In this document: positions 39,062 through 51,060 of the stretch, piece by piece | Position numbering within the stretch: the first letter of the stretch is position 1 | How the letters are laid out: each line of letters opens with the position of its first letter | Assembly: GCA_964016885.1 (NCBI GenBank) | Contig: OZ024754.1 | Coordinates: forward strand, 12,276,001-12,340,000 | Reading direction: 5' to 3' | DNA length: 64,000 nt | DNA from: Eledone cirrhosa | Lineage: Eukaryota | Made by a program: the position numbers and the translations under genes | Notes under the pieces: model-generated | The model's database searches: none | Told to the model about the DNA's origin: nothing | The model's input: only the letters and a program-made list of their open reading frames with translations

Positions 39062-42000
39062 CTACAGGCTGAGGTAGAGAGAAGGCCCATTCACACGGGC
39101 CATTCTCGCAACTTTCACCCATCTTTCATAAAACTGGCTGGAGTGGAGCACCTCTCTCTCCATCCTGATCCTTCTTCCGAAATGGTATCGGAAGAAAAGG
39201 ACCAGTTGTTGGCCGGAGAGAAAGGTGTCCGACCTCAGCCCTTTCAGACGCGTCCACCATATAGCCTCTTTTACCATGGCTATTACACAGAGGAAGACCG
39301 CCTCTCCTTCATTTTTGAAGGGGGGAGGCGGCTTGATCGTTACAATGGACTCGGTGGTCAACCTAATTGGTCCCACCCGTGACAACAGTCGTTCGACATA
39401 GCCCCACAGATCGGCAACGCCCGGGCAGTGCACCAATGCGTGCGCGACGGTTTCCTCGTCGCGCACGCATCTGGGACAGATCTTTTTCGAGGGGTCCCTA
39501 CCCGGGCGCCCGTGTCTGTAGAGCTTATCCCGAACGGGCAGAGCCCCTCGGTAGCACTGCCAGGCCAAGGACTTCTGGAAGTTGTCCATAGGTCCCGGGC
39601 CGAAAGTCCTACCGAATAGACTGGCCAGTTCGTCCTCCTCCATGCCTAGGGCTTCTCCGAGGGCGTCGTCGCACCCGCTAACCACCAGCCCTCTATAGAA
39701 TGACGAGGTGGAGTCTCCGTCGATAGCCGGGTCCGCCTGCCAGAGAGCCGTGAGCGCCTGGGCACACTCGGTGTGCCAGTCGCCCAGTTTTCTCGGTCTT
39801 TGCTTCACCCAGGACTGCAGCTCGGTGAGCGAGACGAGCCTCGGGAAGGCTCGCCTCACAAACGGGGCCCACACCGGTTGACCGGTGAGGAATACGTGGA
39901 GGTGCCTTAGCCTCAATGCGTGTTTACGCATTTTTAGCCACGGCATCCCCAGCCCTCCTTTCAAAGGGTGTTGACAGCAGATGGATCTCCTCACCAGAGG
40001 AGACCTCTTCTTCCAAAGGAAATAAAAGAGGGCGCGCTCCATTTTGGCGAGGATCTCACCCGGGCAAGGCACGACAGTCAAGCGGTAATAGATGACGGAC
40101 GCTATGTAAGCGTTCGCCACCTCCGCCCGACCTTTTAGGGATAGTTTGCACTCGGCCCACTTCTGGGTCAGTGCAAACACCCTATTCGTCACCTCACCCC
40201 AGTTTTTCTCCACCTGGAGGTCCGGTCCGAACCAGACCCCAAGCAACTTCACCGGGCCCTCCGTCCACCGTCCGACGATACCGTCGCACGACATCGCTTT
40301 GCCCCTCCACTCGCCGAGTTGCAAAGCGACTGACTTGTCCCGGTTCAGCTTAGCCCCTGTCAACCTTTCGTACTCCTCTAGTAAGGTGCCGATCGCCTCG
40401 ATTTCAGAGGCGGTCGACACCATTACTGTTACGTCATCGGCGTAGGCCGACACCGCTTTGCGCAATCCCGGTTCCAAAGGGATGCCCTGCAACAACTCCA
40501 ACTTCCGCAGTAATGGCTCGAGAGTCAACACATACAGAAGGGAGGAGAGAGGGCACCCCTGTCGGATGGAGCGGGTGATTTCGAACGGCTCCGAAAGGTA
40601 GCCGTTCACCTTGACTCTAGAGCAGATGCGGCTGCTGTGTATGGCAGTGATCCAGCCCCTGAAAACGGGTCCGAACCCAGCCGCCGCTAGCACCGCATCC
40701 AGGTAACCATGGTCCACCCTATCGAACGCTTTAGACTGATCTAAATTTATCAGGGCCCCACCAAAGCCGGGTTCGTTCCCAACCCTCTCTATGATGTATC
40801 GCATGAGGTGGAGGTTGTCGTGGATGGACCTGGACGGGATAGCGCATGTCTGCGCATCTCCCACCAGGCCCCCCACGACAAGCGCCAACCTCTTCGCTAA
40901 CACCTTCGCCAAAATCTTTAACTCTGCATTTAGCAGAGTTATGGGCCTAAAATTACTAATGTCATCCCCCTTGTTCTCGTCCTTCCTCACTAGCGAGACT
41001 ACGCCCTTGGTCACAGAACAGGGAATTCTCCTGTTCTGTTGCCAGTTGCAGTAGACCGCCTCGAGGAGATCGGGGAACAAGTCCGGCATATTAATATATA
41101 GTTCGTAGGGCAGACCATCGAGTCCTGGAGATTTGCGTTTGCCGCATAGGCTCAGCACGTCCCCTATTTCAGCCGCTGAGATCGGCCCGTCGCAGGACCT
41201 CGCCTCCCTGTCCGAAAGACGCGGCAGGCCGTCGAGGTATGGACCGAAATCCACATCTCCAACCGGCTCCCCGCCCCTCCCGAACAATTGGGCAAAGTGC
41301 CTTTGAAAGGCTTCGCACATTTGCTTAGGTTCAAGGATCAGCCGTCCATCCTGGTCTCGCAAAGACCGGATAGTGGATTTAATCCCACTTTTCGCTTCTG
41401 TCACGCGGGCCCAGCTAACAGCTTTGGTCCCCTCGTTTCCCAGAGCACGTATTTTGCTTCGGACAACGCAGCCTTCGTGTTTCGCGTCGAAGAACTGGTT
41501 CAAGACCGTTCTCGACGCTTGCACTCTGGCCACGTTGCCGCTTCTCATTGCCTCTTCAACATTAACTACCAACTCCCTTTCCTTCCTATTTCTATCTGAG
41601 GCTAACTCCTTACTAACTCCTATTGAAACTACTCTAATCTCTCTTTTTAGAGAGCCCCACCACCTGTTGTTGACGATGGCGCCCGTCAACTGCTCCTTAA
41701 CTAAGGTTCTAATCCGGTCCCTGTAAGCTCTACTTGCCGGTAAGGACAAGTTGAGCTTCCAGTAACCGGGCCCCTGCCTATGCGTTCTATCAAGGTGGAC
41801 TACGCAGGTCACTAACTTGTGGTCTGAATAGCCCACCATGAGCATTTCTGGACAACTTAAAAAGTCCCTATCCTTAATTCTAACTAAGAACCTATCTAGG
41901 TACGATCTAGATTGACCACTGTTATTTGACCAGGTCCAGGTTGGTACAGTCGGAAAATCTAGTCGGTATCTATCGGCCAGGTCGAATCGGCCGATTAACC

Positions 42001-42499
42001 CCTTAAGGCTGTTACACCCCCCTCTATCGGGACATGCCCCTACATAGTCCCAACGTGCATCTAGGATACCATTCCAGTCCCCCACTAAAAGCAAGGAGCG
42101 GGACGTCCCTAGAAAAGTCTCCAGACGATGGAAGAAGTCCGACCGCATTGCCCCAAAAGGGGCGTATACGGCGACAAGCCTAAAAGTTTCGCCTTCGCCA
42201 TTGCCAAGGTCCAGAACCACGAGTCGACCCTCCGGGTCCAAGTGTACCGTCTGTGTAGCGAGACCCAGATGTTTTTGCAGCAGAACGACAACCCCACCCC
42301 CACCTCCGGGCTGACAGAGAGATGCGTGCATCTCAAAGTCATCAAAGGTGGGGGTTAGCTGTCGCATGCTGCTGATCCGGGCCTCGCAAATAACCATCAC
42401 ATTTACACATTGTGACCTGAGGTCACTTAGAAGTTTAGCTTGCTTCCAAGGTGAGCCCAGGCCACGCGCATTTAGACAACCCACTCTTAAGACAGCCAT
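39062..42499 (-). CDS. ORF2: AP endonuclease + reverse transcriptase + C-terminal zinc finger
   Basis: CLNARGL, GDWN, YLDR, SDH; SPGLDG, FRPITLLN, DQSKAFDRV, RQGCPLS, YADD; CPRC..ET..HAL.HC. 1145 aa uninterrupted. Confidence 0.95.
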   Translation of the reverse strand: MAVLRVGCLNARGLGSPWKQAKLLSDLRSQCVNVMVICEARISSMRQLTPTFDDFEMHASLCQPGGGGGVVVLLQKHLGLATQTVHLDPEGRLVVLDLGNGEGETFRLVAVYAPFGAMRSDFFHRLETFLGTSRSLLLVGDWNGILDARWDYVGACPDRGGCNSLKGLIGRFDLADRYRLDFPTVPTWTWSNNSGQSRSYLDRFLVRIKDRDFLSCPEMLMVGYSDHKLVTCVVHLDRTHRQGPGYWKLNLSLPASRAYRDRIRTLVKEQLTGAIVNNRWWGSLKREIRVVSIGVSKELASDRNRKERELVVNVEEAMRSGNVARVQASRTVLNQFFDAKHEGCVVRSKIRALGNEGTKAVSWARVTEAKSGIKSTIRSLRDQDGRLILEPKQMCEAFQRHFAQLFGRGGEPVGDVDFGPYLDGLPRLSDREARSCDGPISAAEIGDVLSLCGKRKSPGLDGLPYELYINMPDLFPDLLEAVYCNWQQNRRIPCSVTKGVVSLVRKDENKGDDISNFRPITLLNAELKILAKVLAKRLALVVGGLVGDAQTCAIPSRSIHDNLHLMRYIIERVGNEPGFGGALINLDQSKAFDRVDHGYLDAVLAAAGFGPVFRGWITAIHSSRICSRVKVNGYLSEPFEITRSIRQGCPLSSLLYVLTLEPLLRKLELLQGIPLEPGLRKAVSAYADDVTVMVSTASEIEAIGTLLEEYERLTGAKLNRDKSVALQLGEWRGKAMSCDGIVGRWTEGPVKLLGVWFGPDLQVEKNWGEVTNRVFALTQKWAECKLSLKGRAEVANAYIASVIYYRLTVVPCPGEILAKMERALFYFLWKKRSPLVRRSICCQHPLKGGLGMPWLKMRKHALRLRHLHVFLTGQPVWAPFVRRAFPRLVSLTELQSWVKQRPRKLGDWHTECAQALTALWQADPAIDGDSTSSFYRGLVVSGCDDALGEALGMEEDELASLFGRTFGPGPMDNFQKSLAWQCYRGALPVRDKLYRHGRPGRDPSKKICPRCVRDEETVAHALVHCPGVADLWGYVERLLSRVGPIRLTTESIVTIKPPPPFKNEGEAVFLCVIAMVKEAIWWTRLKGLRSDTFLSGQQLVLFFRYHFGRRIRMEREVLHSSQFYERWVKVARMARVNGPSLYLSL

Positions 42500-42522
42500 G
42501 TTGGTGGCAAAGAAAGAGGCAC

Positions 42523-44283
42523 TTACCTCTCTGCGTCCCGGGGTTCGGGTCGCTCAGTTTCCATGGGGCTGGTGGCGGGGTTGATGGGTGGGGTGGTGGT
42601 TTGTGGTGGTGTGGGGGTATTGGTGTGTGGAGGGGTTGGGATCTTTGGAGTTGTGTGGGTGTTTGAGGAGGGGAGGGGAAAACCTTTCAGGAGGACGCGG
42701 TTGAGTGGCCTGGTGCAGGGTGGGCCCACGTCCTCAGGGTACATGTCTTTTAAAGTTTTAAAAATGTCAAGTGGGATTTTCACCATTTTCAGGTTAGGGA
42801 GCCCCATTGCCGTTACGAAATTCGGCCCTTCGGTTTGTATCGAAGGGTTGGTTTCTATTTTTAAAGTTAGGTTTTCATTGTTTTTGTTTATGTATGTGTA
42901 GAGTTTTTGTGTTGTTGTGTTTGTTTTTGCTTGTTGTTGTTGAGTGAGTTTGCGTTTTATTGTCTGTGTTGTGTTGTCAGGTGGGGTTATTTTTGTTGTT
43001 GTGGTGTGTGTACGTTTTTTTCTTTTCACTTTTTGGAAGGGAGCCCCCTCGTCTTCCGACGATATGAGCTCCTCTTCCGTATTGGAGGGGAGGGGTATAT
43101 CTCCGGGTTGTGTATGAACTGTTTTTGTATTTGTGTTCTGTGGGGTGGGGCTGGGTGGGACCGTGTTTTGGGTTGTTTTCTTGAGCTGTTGTTGATGTTG
43201 TTGTTGTTGTGGTGGTGGTGGTGGTGGTGGTGTTGTTGGTTTTTGTTGTTCTGGTGGAGATGGTAGTGTATTTTGTTGTTTTTGTGATGGTGGTGCTGGT
43301 TGTTTTTGTTGTTGTTGTGGTGTTTGTAGCAGTGGTTTTTTAGTTGTTAGTAGAGGGCAGGCCGTCCTCAGGTGACCTCTGCCAGCGCAGTGGTAACATG
43401 AGGGTCTCCTGCCTTCCACTGTGATATTTATGTAGGTTCGCCCATCCAGTAGCACTCGGTCGGGTATTCCGGAGATTCTCTCAGGTGTCATCTGTAAGAG
43501 AACCTCCAGACTTTTCCCCCCGAACAGTCCACTGGTGGACTCCCCTGCTGAAATTAGTATGTCCTTATCTAGGTCGGTAAATCCTGTTAGGACGGACCAG
43601 ATGTTAATTTCTGGCGTAGGGCTCCACATTCTTATCCTTTGTGTTCTTCTTCCTTTATATGTGGGGAAGAAGGTGTAATGTGGTGACACTATAGGTGCCA
43701 CCGAATATTTCTGAGCCAGCATTTCGTCCTTCATTCGGACCATAATGCTGGCATACAGCTTTCCTCTTTGAATAAAGAGTATGTCATTTTTAATTTCTTT
43801 CAGAACCAGCTCGATTTGACTTTCGGTCAATTGCGCTGGCTTTCTCGTTTCGTTGGTTATGGTTCTGTAGCTTACGGTATTCTTGTAAATCTGTTCACGC
43901 ACTTCTTCTGGGGAGTTGATCGTAAAAGAACCATCCTCCCCAAAAGATACGTATTTTCTAGCCTCTAGCAAATTTTCCTTGGCGTTCGTGATGTCAATGG
44001 CTTTGTACTCCGTGGCTCTCTTGAGTGTTTGGGCAAAAGAAATTTTGTCTTTGTTTGTTGTTGTAATGTTGTTGGTTTCCTTATTTGTGGTGTTATTTTT
44101 TTCTTGAAAATTAATTTTTTCATTTGAATTGAAATTCTTTTTTTCATTGGAGAGGAGGGGTTGTTCAACAGTTTGAACTGTTGTTCCCTCTTTCCCGCTT
44201 GTTTTTTTGGTCGGCGTGGCGTTCGCTTCCAATATGGCGATATCGTTTTCGACGATATCGTTATCAACGATATCGATAAACAT
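42523..44283 (-). CDS. ORF1 gag-like nucleic acid-binding protein
   Basis: 586 aa with zinc knuckle CYHCAGRGHLRTAC (CX2CX4HX4C), positioned upstream of ORF2. Confidence 0.85.
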   Translation of the reverse strand: MFIDIVDNDIVENDIAILEANATPTKKTSGKEGTTVQTVEQPLLSNEKKNFNSNEKINFQEKNNTTNKETNNITTTNKDKISFAQTLKRATEYKAIDITNAKENLLEARKYVSFGEDGSFTINSPEEVREQIYKNTVSYRTITNETRKPAQLTESQIELVLKEIKNDILFIQRGKLYASIMVRMKDEMLAQKYSVAPIVSPHYTFFPTYKGRRTQRIRMWSPTPEINIWSVLTGFTDLDKDILISAGESTSGLFGGKSLEVLLQMTPERISGIPDRVLLDGRTYINITVEGRRPSCYHCAGRGHLRTACPLLTTKKPLLQTPQQQQKQPAPPSQKQQNTLPSPPEQQKPTTPPPPPPPQQQQHQQQLKKTTQNTVPPSPTPQNTNTKTVHTQPGDIPLPSNTEEELISSEDEGAPFQKVKRKKRTHTTTTKITPPDNTTQTIKRKLTQQQQAKTNTTTQKLYTYINKNNENLTLKIETNPSIQTEGPNFVTAMGLPNLKMVKIPLDIFKTLKDMYPEDVGPPCTRPLNRVLLKGFPLPSSNTHTTPKIPTPPHTNTPTPPQTTTPPINPATSPMETERPEPRDAER

Positions 44284-44458
44284 TTCTCAAATATCTATTT
44301 TTCACCCCAAAAGGGGTGAAAATATATTTACCCGACGTCTAGAGTCCCAGACTAGGGGTTACAGTTAATTATACAAAATAATTCAAAAAAATCCACTCAC
44401 AAAATTAGCAGGTAAAAATCCAAATCACAGAGCGATATGACACACGTCTACTATCCTC

Positions 44459-44462
44459 AGAC

Positions 44463-44500
<38 letters not shown>

Positions 44501-44505
44501 GACAG

Positions 44506-44548
<43 letters not shown>

Positions 44549-44557
44549 GATAGACAG

Positions 44558-44600
<43 letters not shown>

Positions 44601-44667
44601 GATAGACAGAGATAGACAGACAGAGATAGACAGACAGACAGACAGAGATAGACAGACAGACAGACAG

Positions 44668-44706
<39 letters not shown>

Positions 44707-44789
44707 GATAGACAGACAGAGATAGACAGACAGACAGAGATAGACAGACAGACAGACAGAGATAGTCAGACAGACAGACAGACAGACAG

Positions 44790-44820
<31 letters not shown>

Positions 44821-44992
44821 GATAGACATACAGAGATAGACAGACAGACAGAGATAGACAGACAGACAGACAGACAGAGATAGACAGACAGACAGACAGA
44901 CAGAGATAGACAGACAGACAGACAGAGATAGACAGACAGACAGACAGAGATAGTCAGACAGACAGACAGACAGACGGAGATAGACAGACAGA
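44459..44992. repeat. (GACA)n/(GATA) array on the 5' flank of the Tx1-like element
   Basis: Direct inspection. Confidence 0.95.
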
Positions 44993-45199
44993 TTATATAT
45001 ATATATATATAAAGAGAGAGAGAGAGCAAGAGAGAGAGAGAGTGAGAGGGAGAAAAAGAGAGAGAGAAAGAGAGGGAGAGAGTGAGAGTGAGAGATTGAG
45101 AGGGAGGGAGGGAGAGAGGGAGAAAGACAGAATGTGAGTCAAGGCTGAAATAGTTTCTTTAGTCATGAAACTGCTTAATCAGAATTAACCTGGAAGTTA

Positions 45200-45245
45200 A
45201 ACAACAACAGGTACAACAACAACAACAACAACAACAACAACAGGT

Positions 45246-45317
<72 letters not shown>

Positions 45318-45905
45318 GCTACAGCAACAAGAGGTACAACAAGAACAACAACAACAACAACAGGTACAACAACAAGAGGTACAACAACAACAAGAACAAC
45401 AACAACAGGTACAACAACAATAACAACAACAACAACAACAGCTACAACAACAAGAGGTACAACAACAACAAGAACAACAACAACAGGTACAACAACAATA
45501 ACAACAACAACAGGTACAACAAGAACAAGAACAACAACAACAGGTACAGCAACATGTACAAGAAGAAGAACAACAGGTACAACAACATGTACAAGAACAA
45601 CAACAACAGATACAACAACAACAAGAACAACAGGTACAACAATAACAGCAACAGGTACAAGAACAACAACAACAGATACAACAACAACAACAGATACAGC
45701 AATAACAAGAACAACAACAACAAGAACAACAAGAACAACAACAGATACAAGAACAACAACAGATACAACAATAACAACAACAACAACAACAGGTACAACA
45801 AGAACAACAACAACAGATACAACAACAACAACAGATACAACAATAACAAGAACAACAACAACAAGAACAACAAGAACAACAACAACAGGTACAACAAGAA
45901 GAATA
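45200..45905. repeat. (AAC)-based array
   Basis: Direct inspection. Confidence 0.9.
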
Positions 45906-45925
45906 AGAAAGTGATATATTCTTAC

Positions 45926-46051
45926 TTGTGTCACAGTTACTGCCGACATATCCCAGAGGACAGAGGCAGATGTGAGTGTCAGCTGATTTCACTGCACATT
46001 TCCCACTGTTTTCACATAGCACAGCTGTACAGACATTGGAACTGCATTCAA
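45926..46051 (-). CDS. Internal exon (126 bp, phase 1-1) encoding an EGF-like domain of a pikachurin/SP2353/agrin-like EGF-laminin G protein
   Basis: Minus strand: acceptor tcttctgtctttccAG|, then xECSSNVCTAVLCENSGKCAVKSADTHICLCPLGYVGSNCDT (EGF Cys spacing, CxCxxGYxGxxC), then donor A|GTAAG. The final A joins the AT of the exon at 25791 to give AAT in frame. Confidence 0.9.
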
Positions 46052-46067
46052 CTGGAAAGACAGAAGA

Positions 46068-48672
46068 CATCATCATCATCATCATCATCATAGAAATATC
46101 ATCATCATCATCATCATCATCATTATCTCCATCACCACCACCATCACCTCCACCACCATCATCATCATCATCACCATCTCCATCATCATCACCACCACCA
46201 TCAGCATCATCTCCATCATCATCATCATCATCATCTTCATCATCATTATCTCCATCATCTCCACCACCATCACCACCACCATCATCATCTCCACCATCAT
46301 AATCATCATCATCTCCACCATTAGCACTACCTCCACTATCACCACCATTAGCACTACCTCCACCACTAGCACTACCTCCACCATCATTAGCACTACCACC
46401 ACCACTAGCACTACCTCCACTATCACCACCATTAGCACTACCTCCACCACTAGCACTACCTCCACCATCATTAGCACTACCACCACCACTAGCACTACCT
46501 CCACCAGCACTAGCACTACCTCCACTACTAGCAATACCTCCACCACCATTAGCACTACCTCCACCAGCACTAGCACTACCTCCACTACTAGCACTACCTC
46601 CACCACCACCAGCACTACCTCCACCAGCATTAGCACTACCTCCACCACCATTAGCACTACCTCCACTACTAGCACTACCACCACCACTAGCACTACCTCC
46701 ACCACCATTAGCACTACCTCCACTACTAGCACTACCCCCACCAGCACTAGCACTACCTCCACCACCATTAGCACTACCTCCACCAGCACAAGCCCTACCT
46801 CCACTACTAGCACTACCTCCACCACCATTAGCACTACCTCCACCACTAGCACTACCTCCACCACTAGCACTACCTCCACCACCATTAGCACTACCTCCAC
46901 CAGCACTAGCACCACCACCACTAGCACTACCTCCACCACCACTAGCACTACCTCCACCACTAGCACTACCTCCACCACCATTAGCACTACCTCCACCAGC
47001 ACTACCTCCACCAGCACAAGCCCTACCTCCACTACTAGCACTACCTCCACCACCATTAGCACTACCTCCACCAGCACTAGCACCACCACCACTAGCACTA
47101 CCTCCACCACCATTAGCACTACCTCCACCACTAGCACTACCTCCACCACTAGCACTACCTCCACCACCATTAGCACTACCTCCACCACCACTAGCACTAC
47201 CTCCACCAGCACTACCTCCACCACCACTAGCACTACCTCCACTACTAGCACTACCTCCACCACCATTAGCACTACCTCCACCACCACTAGCACTACCTCC
47301 ACCAGCACTAGCACTACCTCCACTACTAGCACTACCTCCACCACCATTAGCACTACCTCCACCACCATTAGCACTACCTCCACCAGCACTAGCACCACCA
47401 CCACTAGCACTACCTCCACCACCACTAGCACTACCTCCACCAGCACTAGCACTACCTCCACCAGCACTACCTCCACCACCACTAGCACTACCTCCACTAC
47501 TAGCACTACCTCCACCACCATTAGCACTACCTCCACCACCACTAGCACTACCTCCACCAGCACTACCTCCACCACCACTAGCACTACCTCCACCAGCACT
47601 ACCTCCACCACCACTAGCACTACCTCCACTACTAGCACTACCTCCACCACCATTAGCACTACCTCCACCACCACCAGCACTACCTCCACCAGCATTAGCA
47701 CTACCTCCACCACCATTAGCACTACCTCCACTACTAGCACTACCACCACCACTAGCACTACCTCCACCACCACTAGCACTACCTCCACTACTAGCACTAC
47801 CTCCACCACCATTAGCACTACCTCCACCACCATTAGCACTACCTCCACCAGCACTAGCACCACCACCACTAGCACTACCTCCACCACCACTAGCACTACC
47901 TCCACCACCATTAGCACTACCTCCACTACTAGCACTACCTCCACCACCATTAGCACTACCTCCACCAGCACTAGCACCACCACCACTAGCACTACCTCCA
48001 CCACCATTAGCACTACCTCCACTAGCACTACCTCCACCACCATTAGCACTACCTCCACTAGCACTACCTCCACCAGCACTAGCACCACCACCACTAGCAC
48101 TACCTCCACCACCATTAGCACTACCTCCACCACTAGCACTACCTCCATCACCATTAGTACTACCTCCACTAGCACCACCACCACCAGCACTACCTCCACC
48201 AGCACCAGCAACACCACTACCACCAGCACCTCCACCACCATCACCACCACCACCACCAGCATCCCCACCACCACCACCGCCAGCACCAGCACCACCAGCA
48301 CCACCAGCACCACCACCAGCACCACCACCACCAGCACTACCTCCACCAGCACCAGCAACACCACTACCACCAGCACCTCCACCACCATCACCACCACCAC
48401 CACCAGCATCCCCACCACCACCACCACCAGCACCACTACCTCCACCAGCACCACCACCACCAGCACCACCAGCACCACCAGCACCAGCACCACCAATACC
48501 ACCACCACCACCACCACCACCAGCACCACCAGCACCACCAATACCACCACCACCACCACCACCACCACCACCACCACCACCACCACCACCACCAGCACCA
48601 CCAGCACCACCAATACCACCACCACCACCACCACCACCACCAACACCACCACCACCACCACCACCACCACCA
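46068..48672. repeat. (CAT)/(CCA)-based higher-order array (AGCACTACCTCCACCACCATT units)
   Basis: Direct inspection. Confidence 0.9.
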
Positions 48673-49412
48673 TTATTTAAATTTATTATTTCAGATCCCA
48701 CCGAGGTTAACTTTGCCTTTCATCCTTACGGGGTCGATAAAATAAAGTACCAGTAATACACTGGGGTAATTGCTGGCCTTGTGCCTAAAGTAGAAACAAT
48801 TATTTCAGTAATTACTATTATCACTGCTAATGTTGCTGTTGCTGTTGTTGTTGTTGTTGTATATTCCTATCCAAATGTCAATCAGAGTCAGGTTAAAACA
48901 TTGCCAAAGAATGACAGCAACTTTGGCAATGGAAACTATTTCTTCTTTCTTCTTTCACAAATCACTTCAAGAAATGTAACAACAAACAAACAAACAACAT
49001 TAAACAGTTGTTCTTTGAGAGACAATTCCTGATGTCTGCTGTCATGTGTGTGTGTGTGGGTGAGGTGGGAGAGGGGGGGAGGCCGAAAGGGGTGGGGGTG
49101 GAGGGTGGGGGGAGTCATTGCCTTTGGAAGTTATTACATACACATAGAAAGACACCATACACACATGTACAAAAGGAATGAACCACCGCCACCACCACCA
49201 CCACCACCACCATTATCACCACCACCACCACCACCACCTGAATGCTCCCTCCGCCCTACTACACCGCCCACTAATGCCAACCACTTGACACAGTGTGTAC
49301 TGAGTTTGTTTTGTCATGGAATCACTACTGCCACCTCACTTAGTCTATTCATTGTCTTTTGTGGTGGCATTAGCACTTCCAATTTACAGAGTGGGCTGGG
49401 TGCATTTTTTCA

Positions 49413-49480
<68 letters not shown>

Positions 49481-49689
49481 GTTGGTGTTAGGAAGGGCAT
49501 CCAGCCGTAGAAAACCTGCCAGACAGTCCTATACGAGCGAGACATGGTCACCCGACCAGCCTTGCCTCAAGTGGGACAATTCCCGTCTAAACCAATGCTA
49601 GTGTGGAAGATAGACGTTAAACGATGATGATGATGATGATGATATATATATATATATATATATATCCTCCTCTCCCCCACCCTCCACTT

Positions 49690-50550
49690 GTTGTCACCAT
49701 ACCCACCAACCACCCCCTCTCCAAACCACCTGAACGTTCACTCCTTAGTAGAGGACTGCGCTTCATACCCCCACACCAGGTACAGTGACAAGTTCTGCAC
49801 TCGAGCAGATGTTGAGCAGTTCATGCGATGCACCAAGCTACAGGTGCACTTTCATAACACTCCATTGGCTCCAGATGCCCCAGACTGCTTCCTCGCCCTG
49901 GGCCAATGACCATCATACTGGATGCTGGCACGCGGACAGTTCAGCACATTGGGTGCCTTCATCGATGCCTGCCGTAGCGCAGTAAACCTCTCCAAACTGA
50001 GTAACACCACTTGAGCTGAACTCCTCGCTCTCCGCTCCCTCCATAAGTGTGATGATATCCTCATCAGATCGGTGGACAAGGGAGGCACTGTGGTGGTGTG
50101 GCATGCTGACATCTACTTGCTGAGGCCCTGAGGCAGCTCTGCAACCCCTTCTTCTACCCCCCCCCCCCCACTCTGACCCCACCCTCCACTATCAACACCT
50201 CGTCTCCTCCTCACTCCTACTGCCTCTCACCTCATTGTCCGCACCCCCTGTGCCCTCTCCATCTACTTCCTGCCTCAAAACCTCAAACCCAACACCTCCT
50301 GCCTCCCCATGGCCTCCGCCTGCAACTGCCCTACCAATCTCATCTCTGTCTTCGACTCCATCCTCCCCTCCCTCATCACCGCCCTCCCCCTCCCACATTT
50401 CCGACACCAACCATGCCCTCCGCCTTTTCGACTCCTTCACTTTTCCACCTCTCCACCTCCCCTCCTCTTCACCCTAGACATAAAATCCCTTTAACACCGT
50501 CATCCCTCACGCCGATGGCCTACGTGCCCTCCAACACGACCTTGACCTTC
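49690..50550 (+). pseudogene. Degraded Penelope-like element (Neptune-type) reverse transcriptase fragment
   Basis: Across frameshifts: LRSLHKCDDILIRSVDKGGTVVVW, IYFLP, MASACNCPTNLIS, SHI.DTNHALRLF, LFTLDIKSL, IPHADGLRAL. The DKG motif and this layout are PLE hallmarks. Confidence 0.85.
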
Positions 50551-50874
50551 ATTCCCTACTCCCAATGTCTTTGGATCCACCTTCGAGATTCGCCTAAATT
50601 AGAAACCATTGTTATATAGATATACTATAGGTCAGTGAGTTGGCCGAATCGGTAGAGCGTCGGACAACATGCTTTGTGGTATATAGTTACATCCCTTTAC
50701 ATTCTGAGTTCAAATCCTGCTGAGGTTAACTTTGCTTTTCCTCTTTACGGGGTCGATAAGATAAAGTACCAGTAATACACTGGGGTCAATTTAGTCAACT
50801 TTCCCCTCCCACCAAGTTGTGCCTAAATCAGAAACCATTGATGTTTTGAGAATAAAAATATTTGGGAAAATAAT

Positions 50875-51060
50875 TGTTTCTACTTTTTGGCACAAGGCCA
50901 GCAATTATCCAGTGCATTACTGGTACTTTATTTTATCGACCCCGTAAGGATGAAAGGCAAAGTTAACCTCGGTGGGATTTGAACTCAGAATGGCAAGGGC
51001 CGTAACTCTATGCGTCAAAGCATGGCGTCCGACCCTCTACCGATACTGCCAATTCACCGC
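50875..51060 (-). mobile_element. SINE family B with TSD ATATTTGGGAAAATAAT
   Basis: TSD at about 50858-50874 and 51069-51085. Confidence 0.82.

Larger units (their letters stand above)
38838..44458 (-). mobile_element. Apparently full-length Tx1/L1-clade non-LTR retrotransposon inserted in a (GACA)n microsatellite
   Basis: 5' UTR, ORF1, 23-nt spacer, ORF2 and a 3' UTR with AATAAA. The same tetranucleotide array lies on both sides. Confidence 0.92.
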
